A stretch of 64,000 nt of DNA from an uncultured delta proteobacterium (GTDB taxonomy: Bacteria > Desulfobacterota > Binatia > UBA9968). The notes beneath the pieces are model-generated. The model ran no database searches. It worked only from the letters and a program-made list of their open reading frames with translations, and was not told where the DNA came from. Where the stretch lies: assembly GCA_963727625.1 (NCBI GenBank), contig CAVSHR010000009.1, positions 449,140 to 513,139 of the forward strand, read 5' to 3'. Positions 20,079 through 29,866 of the stretch are shown piece after piece. Made by a program: the position numbers and the translations under genes. Numbering within the stretch: the first letter of the stretch is position 1; the number at the start of each line of letters is the position of its first letter.

Positions 20079-21563
20079 TTAATAGAGCGCCCCAGGGTTG
20101 AGAATATTATTAGGATCCACCATCTGTTTGATTTCTTTGATCACGTCGTAAAGGTTGCCGAGCCGCTGGTACGGCAGCGGCCCCTTGGTGCTGAGCGTCG
20201 GCGCGGTCCAGACCACGCCCCGTTCGTTGCTGAACTGCTGAACCATTCCCATCCATTTGCGCAATCTGCCGATGTCTTCGTCATCGTAGGGGTTGTAGAA
20301 AACGAAGTACTCTTCTTTAATGCCGAAGTCGCGGGTGACGTAACTGTCGTGCTGAGGCGAATGTGCGGCGTCCCACAGGCCGCACTCGCGTTTGGCCGCC
20401 TCGTCGAGATCGTACATCTCTTTCAAAAACGTCAGCGGGTACATTTTCGACGTCACCGCGAACATGCCGGTGTGGCGAACCACAGTGCCGCACCAGCCGT
20501 CCGGCCCCATGACATGCCAGTCGGGCCAGCCGCGCAGTCCATGTTCTTGCGCCTTAGCGCCCATTGCCTTTTCGGCAATCTCCGGCACGTCGACGCCGCC
20601 GGCGTCATGATAGATGCGCCGCATGCGCCTTTCCTTGAGCGCGAGTTCTTCCTGGTCGCGCGCCATCAGCATGGTCTTCAAGAAAAACCAGCCGTCGTCG
20701 GGAATCTTGCTCTTGTCGTATAAACCCTCTTCCATCGGCCAGTGATACTGCCAGCGGTCGGTAAAATGGATATCGTAAACCGCCTCGCCTTTGACCTGCT
20801 GCATGAGCGCATTTTGCGCTTCCGCCAGCTGATCGCGGCGGAAAGAATAGCAATAATCGTGCAGCCACTCGCGCCTGCCCTCGATGGCTCGCAGGCAGAC
20901 CTTGGTGATAATCCCCATGGAGCCCGCGGCGAGCGTGAAGAGTCCGAGCAGGTCCGGCAAGTGAATCCATTTTTGAAACGGCCCGAAGGTCGTCTCTTGA
21001 TTGGCCAGCGCGCCAAGGCGAATAGTTTCGCCGTTGGCGAGCACCACTTCCAGACCGAGCACCATGTCGGCGATCCAGCCGTAGCGCGTCATGCCGTAGC
21101 CGATGCCGCCCTTGTTGATCATCGCGCCGATCACCACCGCCGGGCCGTAGGTGCCGAAGTTGGGCAGCATCAAACCATGCCGCCTGAGCGCGTAGTGAAT
21201 CGCATAGACACTCGCGCCGCCCTCGGCGATCACATACTGCATAGTCGAATTCACTTCGAGGATTTTGTCCATGCCGAGCATATCCAGCAACAGACCACCC
21301 TTGAGGGGAGAGCTGATGCCCATGCCGACGCCGCCTTTGGCGACGATGGGAATCTTATGCTCGTTGGCAAATTTCAGAATCTCGGCCACCGGCTGATTGC
21401 CTTGGGTGTCGGACTCGACGCGCACGATCACGTCGGGCAGCGCCCGATAAGCGCCGTATGCGAGCGTGTGCTGGTAGTTGATCTTGTCGATCGGGTTGGT
21501 CGAGACGTGGCGCGGGCCGACGATCTCTTTCAATTTCGCGACAATCTCTTCGACAGAAAGCAT
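20079..21563 (-). CDS. FAD-binding oxidoreductase (VAO/PCMH, GlcD-like)
   Basis: PDVIVR, PIVAKGG, GGLLLDM..MDKILEV, VLGLEVVLANG, GSMGIITK, DPNNILNPG. Confidence 0.88.
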   Translation of the reverse strand: MLSVEEIVAKLKEIVGPRHVSTNPIDKINYQHTLAYGAYRALPDVIVRVESDTQGNQPVAEILKFANEHKIPIVAKGGVGMGISSPLKGGLLLDMLGMDKILEVNSTMQYVIAEGGASVYAIHYALRRHGLMLPNFGTYGPAVVIGAMINKGGIGYGMTRYGWIADMVLGLEVVLANGETIRLGALANQETTFGPFQKWIHLPDLLGLFTLAAGSMGIITKVCLRAIEGRREWLHDYCYSFRRDQLAEAQNALMQQVKGEAVYDIHFTDRWQYHWPMEEGLYDKSKIPDDGWFFLKTMLMARDQEELALKERRMRRIYHDAGGVDVPEIAEKAMGAKAQEHGLRGWPDWHVMGPDGWCGTVVRHTGMFAVTSKMYPLTFLKEMYDLDEAAKRECGLWDAAHSPQHDSYVTRDFGIKEEYFVFYNPYDDEDIGRLRKWMGMVQQFSNERGVVWTAPTLSTKGPLPYQRLGNLYDVIKEIKQMVDPNNILNPGALY

Positions 21564-21572
21564 GGGGAAAAC

Positions 21573-21697
21573 AATTGGTAATGGAGAATCGATAATTGAA
21601 AATTTACAATTCGGACAATCTACGCCGACTGGCTTCGGCTGGTGAGCAGTTCGGTAATTCCGGGGTTATCAATTCTCCATTATCCATTGTCAATTCT
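21573..21697. repeat. Intergenic heptamer tandem repeats arranged as inverted arms
   Basis: AATTGGT AATGGAG AATCGAT AATTGAA AATTTAC ... TTATCAA TTCTCCA TTATCCA TTGTCAA. Confidence 0.7.
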
Positions 21698-22474
21698 TCA
21701 AAGCTGCAGATGGCTGCCGCCGGTGATCAGGATATGGCTGCCCGTGAGCATGCTCGCTTCATCACCGGCCAGGAACGCGATGGCGCCGGCGACATCTTCG
21801 GGATAGAGGTGTTTCTGCAGCGGCCGGGTGTCCTTGACTCGCTCCCTGTATGCCTCGGGCATAATCATCGACGCATCGGTTAGCGTAAACGCCGGCGTAA
21901 CGACATTGACGGCAATGCCTAAAGGCCCCAATTCGATCGCCATGGTATTGGCCATGGATTCGAGAGCCGATTTCGCCGCGGCATAAGCGCCCATCCTCGG
22001 CAACGGCTGCTGCGCCAATCGGGTGCTGACCACGATGATTCGGCCGCTCTTCTTTTGTTGCATGGCGGGCAAACACGCGCGCGTGCAATGGAAGAATGCC
22101 GACAGCTCGTGCTCAATGGAGCGCTGAAAACCCTCCCAGGACAGCGCGTACAACGGACCAACCTCAAAGGGAAAGTAGGCGTTGTTGACCAAGACATCGA
22201 CGGGGCCGAGCGCCTGCTCAGTCGTCTGCACCATCTTGTCGATCTGATCCTTCCGGGTTACGTCCGCTTGAAAGATTATCCCGCGGGCGCCGGAGTTCCT
22301 AACTTCCTGGAGGACCTTGTCGGCGGCCTCCTGATTCCGGTGGTAATTGACGACCACCGCGGCCCCGCCTTGGGCCAACCGGATGGCGGCCGCCGCACCG
22401 ATGCCGCGGCTCGCGCCGGTCACAAGAGCAACCTTCCCGTCCAGCGGGCGACTGCTTAACTGGCCAGCCATCAA
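21698..22474 (-). CDS. Short-chain dehydrogenase/reductase (FabG-like)
   Basis: TGASRGIG, VLVNNA, YAAAK. Confidence 0.92.
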   Translation of the reverse strand: MMAGQLSSRPLDGKVALVTGASRGIGAAAAIRLAQGGAAVVVNYHRNQEAADKVLQEVRNSGARGIIFQADVTRKDQIDKMVQTTEQALGPVDVLVNNAYFPFEVGPLYALSWEGFQRSIEHELSAFFHCTRACLPAMQQKKSGRIIVVSTRLAQQPLPRMGAYAAAKSALESMANTMAIELGPLGIAVNVVTPAFTLTDASMIMPEAYRERVKDTRPLQKHLYPEDVAGAIAFLAGDEASMLTGSHILITGGSHLQL

Positions 22475-22485
22475 GTTGGACCCGA

Positions 22486-23967
22486 TCAGATCGCGACGGC
22501 GTCTTCGGCGGCGCCTTTTTCGTATTTAGCGGCGTTGTTCTTAAATGACAGGAACTTCATTTTTACATAAGGCGAGCTGTAACCGTTCAAAATCCGCTCG
22601 ACGCGGCCCGGCTTGCTGTAGAATGATTGGAACGCCCAGCCTGTCAGTTCGCCCAACTGCTGGCGTGTCAAATGCTTGGTCGGCATGACAGAGTGCTCGA
22701 GATCGTACAGGCTAAGATTGTCGATTTCGATGATGTTGTTCTTGATGGCGGCCTTATATATGGGTGAGCCCGGAATCGGATTGAGCACCTGAATCATGAC
22801 GATATCGGGATCGATCTCGTCGACGGCTTTCGCGCGTTGGCGGATCTTAGCTTCGTCATCCTCCCAAAAACCATTCAAATAAGTGGAAATCGTTGAAATG
22901 TCGTTCTTGCGTAGAAACTGAATCAGCTCTTTCAGTTCTTTGACGCCAACCTTCATCGGTCCCTTGCGCGCCTCGGCGATCTCTTCGTCCGTGCCGCCAT
23001 CGATGCCGATCAAGACTTGATACAAGCCGACCTTGCGCAAACGCGGCACCAAATCCATGTCACGAATTAGGTTTTGCGCTCGGCTGAGCATGAACCAACT
23101 CATGTCTAATTTTTTCTCTTCCAACGCTTCGACCAAGTCGACCATCTTTTGCCGATCGGAGTTGAAATCGTCGTCCATGAAGGTGAGCGCTTTGACGCCA
23201 TAAGTTTTGTTCAGCAGCTCCATTTCTTCAGCGACTTTCTTGCCGCCTTTGGTTCGGTGCGAGCTGAAATCGCGCGGATTGCGCTGGTCGACCAGCCACC
23301 ACTCGTAGCAGAAATGACAAGCGCCCTCGCATCCCCGGGAAGTCACCGTCTCGTTGTAATTGGGAATCACCGAGTAGCCATAGTACTTGTCCATCGGAAA
23401 GAGATCGTAGGCCGGCATGGGCAGTTCATCGAGATTGGCAATCACCGGCCTTGCCGGCGTAAGCACGACCTCGCCGTTGTCGCGGTAAGCCAGTCCCTTG
23501 ATCCCGCTGAAATCGGGCGCGGGTTTTTTCAATTCCGCTAAGAGCTCCCACACCGCATACTCATTGTCGCCGAACACTCCGACAATCGCGAAGTCGAGCT
23601 GGGGGTTATCGGTCATGATTTTCTGCGGCACGGCGGTGTACATCAAACCGCCGCCGATAGTAATCGTGCTCGGGGTAACGTCCTTAATTTTCTTCATCGC
23701 TGCATGAAAGCGGTTCAACGTGGCGGCGCCGCCTGCAGCAGCGATCATCGCGCCGAAGAAAACCGCGTCAGGTTTTTGCCGGCGAACCTCGTCCACCATC
23801 TGCTCGTCGGTCAGACCCAGGGCGCGGCAGTCGAGCACCGACACCTCAGCCGCCTTCTTTTCGCGGATGAATGCAGCGAGCTGAGAATACAGCGAGTTGA
23901 CGGCAAAATGGCGGTCGCCCCAAGGCGCCCAATTTCCCATGGGGGGCGTAATAAATAGGAGTTTCAT
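22486..23967 (-). CDS. B12-binding domain radical SAM protein (BchE/class B methyltransferase superfamily)
   Basis: N-terminal cobalamin-binding domain, LDELPMPAYDLFP, TSRGCEGACHFC (CX3CX2C), PIPGSPIY. Confidence 0.9.
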   Translation of the reverse strand: MKLLFITPPMGNWAPWGDRHFAVNSLYSQLAAFIREKKAAEVSVLDCRALGLTDEQMVDEVRRQKPDAVFFGAMIAAAGGAATLNRFHAAMKKIKDVTPSTITIGGGLMYTAVPQKIMTDNPQLDFAIVGVFGDNEYAVWELLAELKKPAPDFSGIKGLAYRDNGEVVLTPARPVIANLDELPMPAYDLFPMDKYYGYSVIPNYNETVTSRGCEGACHFCYEWWLVDQRNPRDFSSHRTKGGKKVAEEMELLNKTYGVKALTFMDDDFNSDRQKMVDLVEALEEKKLDMSWFMLSRAQNLIRDMDLVPRLRKVGLYQVLIGIDGGTDEEIAEARKGPMKVGVKELKELIQFLRKNDISTISTYLNGFWEDDEAKIRQRAKAVDEIDPDIVMIQVLNPIPGSPIYKAAIKNNIIEIDNLSLYDLEHSVMPTKHLTRQQLGELTGWAFQSFYSKPGRVERILNGYSSPYVKMKFLSFKNNAAKYEKGAAEDAVAI

Positions 23968-24194
23968 CTTAATCTCCTGGCTATGGCGGGATTCGTTCAA
24001 TTGAAAATATTTAATACCTAAACGATTGTCAAGGTTGGCGGCTGTTAAACCTTATCGATGCGGCGTTAATCGCCGGCCAAAGTGTAGAAAATGCGAGACC
24101 AAAGGCGTATTGACAAGGTTCAGGCCTTTTGATACTGATTCGCAGGCTAAGCAAGGGTATAGGTCTTTTACCGAGTTAACAGGAGGGTCTCGAT

Positions 24195-25037
24195 ATGGCT
24201 CAAGCCGCGCGCGAGGAACAACTTTTAGATATACGCGTCGCCGAGGCATCCGCCGCGTATAAGTTCTATCTCAATCAGGAAGCGAAGATCCTCGGCAGCA
24301 TTGCCGTGGTACTCTTTTTGACGACCTGGGAGCTGGTCGGAAATACTCTTCAGCTCATCAACCCGATGTTCATGAGCTCCCCCTCGCTCATTGGCAAAGC
24401 GGCCTACCAGCTGTTCGCATCCGGGGAAATCTGGAACGATCTCCGTGTCAGCGGCATCGAGTTTTTCTGGGGCTATCTCCTGTCCATTGTCGTCGCCATT
24501 CCGTTTGGCATCGCCATTGGCTGGTACAGAAGATTCGCCTACATATGCGACCCTTTCGTCAATGCCATGAATGCAACCCCCCGCATCGCCCTGCTCCCTC
24601 TGGTCATCATTTGGGTTGGCATCGGCATCGCGTCAAAGGTCGCAATCATCTTCCTGGGCGCGGTCTTTCCCCTGCTGATCAACACTCGTGATGGAGTTAA
24701 AACGACCCCGGCCAATCTCCTCACAGCCGCGAGAAGTTTCGGCGCTTCCGAGTGGCAAATTTTCAAAGCGGTGGTTTTGCCCTCGACGATACCCTTTATC
24801 ATCACGGGTCTCCGCCTCGCGGTGGGGCGCGCGCTGATCGGCGTCATGGTCGGCGAGCTCTACGCTGCGACCGCCGGCATCGGCTTTATGATCACGGTTG
24901 CCGGTGCGACTTTCCAAACCGATAAAGTTTTCGTCGGTGTGTTGGTTTTCGCCATCACAGGGATGGCAATGACTGAACTCATCAACCGTTGGGAACGGCG
25001 TTTCGACAAATGGCGTCCAAAGGTTGGCTCCGACTAA
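24195..25037 (+). CDS. ABC transporter permease (SsuC/TauC family)
   Basis: PRIALLPL, AARSFGAS, VVLPSTIPFIITGLRLA, GELYA. Confidence 0.9.
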   Translation: MAQAAREEQLLDIRVAEASAAYKFYLNQEAKILGSIAVVLFLTTWELVGNTLQLINPMFMSSPSLIGKAAYQLFASGEIWNDLRVSGIEFFWGYLLSIVVAIPFGIAIGWYRRFAYICDPFVNAMNATPRIALLPLVIIWVGIGIASKVAIIFLGAVFPLLINTRDGVKTTPANLLTAARSFGASEWQIFKAVVLPSTIPFIITGLRLAVGRALIGVMVGELYAATAGIGFMITVAGATFQTDKVFVGVLVFAITGMAMTELINRWERRFDKWRPKVGSD

Positions 25038-25059
25038 AAGCACGGCTAAAACTGAAACT

Positions 25060-25093
25060 AAAGGGCGCTAGATTAATTCTAGCGCCCTTTTTT
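25060..25093 (+). terminator. Rho-independent terminator
   Basis: aaagggcgctaga-ttaat-tctagcgcccttt followed by ttt, just after the permease stop. Confidence 0.85.
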
Positions 25094-25772
25094 ATGTCTC
25101 TCCTATCCGGAGAAATTTAATTTTGCCCGGTGCCTAAACATTTGTTCTCTCTACCTCCAACTGCGGTTTCTAGCTTAATTCATTGACCAAAACATTTTTT
25201 ACTGCACTTCAGGTGGCTTGGCGTTACCCGCCATTTACATCCTGCTGTGATTCTTACGCCAGCCCTTCGCTCCTTGCAGCGATCGGCTCTGGTTTGAAGT
25301 CGGCAGTTCGACTGTTTGCACAATATTAAATTTCGCTGAGACCCTGCGTGATCTTAGCTCCGGCGTGCTTCTGAGCCTAGCATTATGGCAATTTGTAGCT
25401 CGCGGCATCGCGGCCCAGCCGTTTCCGCTACAGAGGCCGGGAAATCGTCATCGAGTTAGTCTCAGCGGAGACCTTAGACCTGCCGTTCAAGCGTTTACTG
25501 ATTCCGGGGCGCGTTGCTTATCGGTTTCATGGCGGTCCCCCAGCGTTGGCGAAAAGGGATCTAGCCGCATTGGCGTGAGACCATCCTAAGCGCGCAAAAC
25601 TTTCTCAAACGCGGACATTGAGGCGCTTACGATGGAGAGTTGAAAAAGCTCGCAAGTCATTTCGAGGAGCAATAAAAGTCACCGTGAGATGCAAATTTCT
25701 AAGGGCTTCTAGCATCGCCTTCGAAATCTACGCAGTTTCTTTTTTCTAACTTTTGTTGTTATAGAACGTTCG

Positions 25773-26504
25773 ATGAGCAACCAGCGCCGCCAGCTTGCCG
25801 TACGGGGCCTGATTTTTATCGCTTTGGTGGCTCTACTGTTCTTTTTCAGCCGCTATATTCCACGGCCCTTCAGCGCTTTCGCGCCGGCGGGGGAGGACTT
25901 TGACGACTTCGAGGGCATCTACTCAAGCAGCGATCGGCTGAGTAAGTTCCTGCAAAGTTTAGGTCCCTATTCTCCCGCTGTCTTTGTCTTAATGCAGGTT
26001 TTACAGGTCATCGCGGCGCCTTTCCCGGGTGAGCTTACCGGCGTCGCGGGCGGTTACGCGTACGGCGAAGCTGTGGGGTTCCTGCTTTCGACGATCGGTC
26101 TGTCGCTCGGCTCCTGGGTGGCCTTTGAATTGGCCAGCATTCTCGGCCGGCCGTTTGTCGAGCGTTTTGTCAGACGAGAGGTCTTGGAAAAATTCAATTT
26201 CCTCACGACCAAGACCGGAACGTTGATCTGTTTCGTGCTGTTTCTCTTTCCCGGTTTTCCCAAGGATTATTTATGTTATGTGCTCGGGCTGAGTCGGATG
26301 CGGCTCGGCACTTTTTTGCTGGTTTCTATTGTAGGACGGTTGCCGGGTACCTATTTGCTCACCGTGCAAGGCGCGACCATTCGCAACGAAGAATACCACA
26401 CATTCTTTCTTCTTTTGGTCGCCTCCGTCGCCGTGCTCATCGTCGCATATTTGTATCGCAACCAGCTCTTCGATTGGCTCAAACACCGCCACGAATATAA
26501 ATAA
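25773..26504 (+). CDS. TVP38/TMEM64 (DedA superfamily) membrane protein
   Basis: LQVIAAPFPGE, GYAYG, FLFPGFPKDYLCYVLGLS, GRLPG. Confidence 0.88.
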   Translation: MSNQRRQLAVRGLIFIALVALLFFFSRYIPRPFSAFAPAGEDFDDFEGIYSSSDRLSKFLQSLGPYSPAVFVLMQVLQVIAAPFPGELTGVAGGYAYGEAVGFLLSTIGLSLGSWVAFELASILGRPFVERFVRREVLEKFNFLTTKTGTLICFVLFLFPGFPKDYLCYVLGLSRMRLGTFLLVSIVGRLPGTYLLTVQGATIRNEEYHTFFLLLVASVAVLIVAYLYRNQLFDWLKHRHEYK

Positions 26505-26559
26505 CGCCGGGCAAAGTTGGATTTTGATGCATACCGGGTTTTTTAAGGCCGGCTCCCGC

Positions 26560-27384
26560 CTAAAAAATTAAGCCGCGCGTCAAGAAATAAAAAACCGGCG
26601 CCGCGAGGATCCGATACCAGGCGAACGGCGCCAGCTTCCCCCGCTCAAGATAGCGGACGAACCCCTTTACCGCCGCCAGCGCGACAATGAAAGAAACCAA
26701 GAAACCGATGCCGAGCTCCAGCGAATCTTGGACGGCCAAGCGACCGCCCATTTTAAGAAGCTCGTAGCCGGTCGCTGCGAACATCACCGGAACCGCAATG
26801 AGGAAAGAAAACTCCGCGGCGCTTTTTCGATCCAAGCCGAGCACCATGCCGCCAATAATCGTCGCCGCCGCCCGGGAGGTTCCAGGCCAAAGAGCCAGCA
26901 CTTGAAACAGCCCGATGCCCAAAGCTTGCCACGCCGTCAGATGATCGACGTCGTCGGTTGAGCGCCTCGCCACGAGACGCTCGACCATCAGGATCGCCGC
27001 GCCGCCCACTGCCAGCGCCCAGGTCACTGTTTCGGGGTTGAAAAGCTCTTCTTTGATCCGATGGCGCGCAAGGTAGCCGACCAGCAATGCCGGAAACGTG
27101 GCCAGCGCGACACACCACAGTCCCGACCAACCGTCCAGCGTGGATCTCGCTCTGATCAACGAGCGTTCTCGACTGGGTATCAGGCGAATAAATCTTTTCC
27201 AGTATAGAAAGACCACGGAAAGGATTGCGCCCAGCTGAATGATCACCTCGAAGCTGGAAGCTTTTTCACCGACGAATCCGAGCAAATGCCCGGCGATAAT
27301 CAGATGCCCGGTGGATGAAACCGGCAAAAATTCGGTCAGTCCTTCGACAACACCTAAAATCACTGCGATCACCCAGCTGTTCAT
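26560..27384 (-). CDS. uppP: Undecaprenyl-diphosphate phosphatase
   Basis: GVVEGLTEFLPVSSTGH, IQLGAILSV, PGTSR, AAEFSF. Confidence 0.95.
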   Translation of the reverse strand: MNSWVIAVILGVVEGLTEFLPVSSTGHLIIAGHLLGFVGEKASSFEVIIQLGAILSVVFLYWKRFIRLIPSRERSLIRARSTLDGWSGLWCVALATFPALLVGYLARHRIKEELFNPETVTWALAVGGAAILMVERLVARRSTDDVDHLTAWQALGIGLFQVLALWPGTSRAAATIIGGMVLGLDRKSAAEFSFLIAVPVMFAATGYELLKMGGRLAVQDSLELGIGFLVSFIVALAAVKGFVRYLERGKLAPFAWYRILAAPVFYFLTRGLIF

Positions 27385-27653
27385 GCGCTCCTCGTTGAAC
27401 TCTTAGCCTTAATCCGACGCTAATCATTGGCTGAAACATTAATTTTTTCCAGCAACGACCACCGTCATTGTAGCACATTGAAAGTTCACCAATCGTTAAG
27501 TTAAGCGATGATCGGTTGAGCTGCGCCCGACCGCGCTGGACCCGCATGACAGAGCATTGCAGTAACTGTTTAGTATCGGATTAGGCTTAGTTTGCTGCGG
27601 CCTAACCGTAACGGTTCGCGGGAATAGCGCGGCAGCCGATCGCGCCGGTTCTT

Positions 27654-29429
27654 TCACGGTCTTTCAACCAATAGATACTCCTTCACCGCAGCTATTCTTC
27701 GCAAGGCTTGGCCGAGATTTTCCTGCAATCTCGGCAGATTTTTTTCCTTGACGATGATCAACAAAGGTTGTTTGACGCTCCGCCAACGATCGTGAAATTC
27801 GTCGAAATCCAACATCGCTTTACCCCATGGGGTGACCGGTTCAGGGCGATTGTTGAGCGCGTAATAGTTGCCCAGAAAGGTCCGTTTATTTTTGCCCTTG
27901 TTCACTAACCAAATCGGTCGATCGGTACGCAAATAAAAAGCCATACCGGAAAGGTAGGTATCGTAAAAAACCGCCTGCGTTGCCGGGCTGACATGTTGAT
28001 GCGCTTCGGTCGCAACAGCTTTGGCGGACCGATCCGGCGATACTGCAATCATCATTTCGGCGACAAAGACGACGACACAACACAGGCCAAAACCCTGAAC
28101 CAGGTAGAGCGGCTGTTGACGGCGCGGCTCGGCGGCGTTTTGGGTGGCGGTTAAGTAAACCAGCACAGCAGTCGAGAGCGCCGCGTAGATCCACACGATA
28201 TAAGCCATGCTATCAACGGCATCGCGAATTTGGCGCGCCAAGACCATTGGAAAAAATGTTCCCAACGCCAAATACAGGGCCGTTGCGGATTGGAGCCACC
28301 AGGTTAACGACAAGGCAAATCGCAATTTGGCAACAGAGTCTCGGTAGCAGCGCACCAGCGCCGCCGCAGTCAATATCGCCAAGGCGGGAAAGATCGGCAA
28401 AATATAGTGCGGCAGCTTGGATTTGGAAGCGGAAAAAAACAGTAACGGTAGAGCGACCCAGAGAATCAAATAAAGAGTTCTATCGTCGAGCCTGAAATTC
28501 CAAGCTTTCTTTATGACCATGGGTAATAGCAGCGTCCACGGAAAAAAACCGACGAGCAAAACTATGATAAAGTAAAACCACGGTTCGCTGCGATCGAACT
28601 CAGCCGTGGCAAAACGACCAAAGTGTTCATCCCAGAGATAGTAACGCAGATAGCCATCGTTGCGGGCATCGGCCGCGAGATACCAAGGCAAGACGATTGC
28701 GAAAAACAACAGCGCGCCAGGAATGAGATAAATACGCCGGAGCACCGCCCATCGATTGCTCAGCAACAAATAAAAAAAGAATACCATGCCCGGAACCACC
28801 ACGCCGATCAGACCCTTGATCAGCGTGGCGATGCCCAGCGCCGAGTATAAAACCAGGCACCAGGTACGTCGCTGCTTGGCGTGATCGCTATGCGCAGCTT
28901 CGTAAAACGCCCACAAAGCCAGCGTCAAAAAAAACGTCAGGGACATGTCAAAGATCACGGTGCGAGCGAGAATGAAGAATTCCGCGCTCGTAAGCAAGAT
29001 CAACACGCTCCACAGGGCTTCCCACGGGCCCCAGCGCGCCAGGACAAAACGGTAGACCAGAACCAGGCAAGCGAAGGCCGCCAAGGCCGACGGTAGCCGC
29101 GCCGTCCACTCGGACAAACCGAGAAATTTGAACGAGACGGCGATCAGCCAGTAAAAGAAAATTGGCTTGTCCAGAACGGCGTGAAAATTTTCATGGGGTG
29201 TGATCCAGTCGTCGAGCACGAGGATTTCCCGCGCCTTCTCAGAGTTTCTCCCTTCGTCGGGTTCGAAGAGAGCCGCTCCACCCAAACGATAGAACAAAGC
29301 GGCGATAAGCGCCGCCCACATCAGCCAGAAAAACCAACGCCCACTTGCGCCGCTCGCAGCGGACTCGGCTAATGGATTGGACGAGTTTTCGGATTGACTT
29401 GTCACGCTCGGGCTCGAATTGAAATTCAA
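27654..29429 (-). CDS. ArnT-like glycosyltransferase (GT83/PMT_2); start uncertain
   Basis: EPDEGR, DKPIFFYW, ARLPSAL, LIKG, SKSKLPHYILP. Confidence 0.85.
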   Translation of the reverse strand: MNFNSSPSVTSQSENSSNPLAESAASGASGRWFFWLMWAALIAALFYRLGGAALFEPDEGRNSEKAREILVLDDWITPHENFHAVLDKPIFFYWLIAVSFKFLGLSEWTARLPSALAAFACLVLVYRFVLARWGPWEALWSVLILLTSAEFFILARTVIFDMSLTFFLTLALWAFYEAAHSDHAKQRRTWCLVLYSALGIATLIKGLIGVVVPGMVFFFYLLLSNRWAVLRRIYLIPGALLFFAIVLPWYLAADARNDGYLRYYLWDEHFGRFATAEFDRSEPWFYFIIVLLVGFFPWTLLLPMVIKKAWNFRLDDRTLYLILWVALPLLFFSASKSKLPHYILPIFPALAILTAAALVRCYRDSVAKLRFALSLTWWLQSATALYLALGTFFPMVLARQIRDAVDSMAYIVWIYAALSTAVLVYLTATQNAAEPRRQQPLYLVQGFGLCCVVVFVAEMMIAVSPDRSAKAVATEAHQHVSPATQAVFYDTYLSGMAFYLRTDRPIWLVNKGKNKRTFLGNYYALNNRPEPVTPWGKAMLDFDEFHDRWRSVKQPLLIIVKEKNLPRLQENLGQALRRIAAVKEYLLVERP

Positions 29430-29625
29430 GCGTTCAGGTTTACCTGAGGGGAACCTATTTGCAAGTCATGGCGCGGTCGATTCCGCCATTTAGGCGCCAC
29501 CAAACAAACTTCCAGGCAATCTGGAGTCGACTTACGGACGCCTGGAGTCGGGGTCGGCCAACTGTGCCACGTTGACATCACCTACCCCCTGGCGTAGCTT
29601 GATCTTGCCGAAACGGAGGTGATTT

Positions 29626-29829
29626 ATGATCGGCAGTCTTGGTGCCCCGGAGCTTATTGTCATTTTTCTCGTCGCTCTGATCGTCTTCGGCCCGAGCAAG
29701 ATCCCCGAGTTTGGCAAATCCTTGGGCGAAGCAATTAGAGGCTTTAAGAAAGCCCTCAACGAAGCTGAAAAGACTCCCGTCGACAATCCAGCAGCGCCGG
29801 CCGCCCGCCACGACCCAACGAAGTCTTAA
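29626..29829 (+). CDS. tatA: Twin-arginine translocase TatA/TatE subunit
   Basis: GAPELIVIFLVALIVFGPSKIPEFGKSLGEAIRGFKKA; GGAGG RBS. Confidence 0.93.
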   Translation: MIGSLGAPELIVIFLVALIVFGPSKIPEFGKSLGEAIRGFKKALNEAEKTPVDNPAAPAARHDPTKS

Positions 29830-29866
29830 TCCGGCTAGACTCGCACTCCTTCACCTAAGGCAGGCG

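Noticed and set aside
18168-23967. Assignment of the cluster to bacteriochlorophyll (bchE/bchU) or benzimidazole (bza) synthesis
   Set aside because: Only superfamily-level resemblance; no chelatase, other bch genes or ThiC-like bzaAB/F in the window.
25100-25770. Structured ncRNA or riboswitch in the long intergenic gap
   Set aside because: I could not recognise any conserved motif by eye; an Rfam/Infernal scan would be needed.
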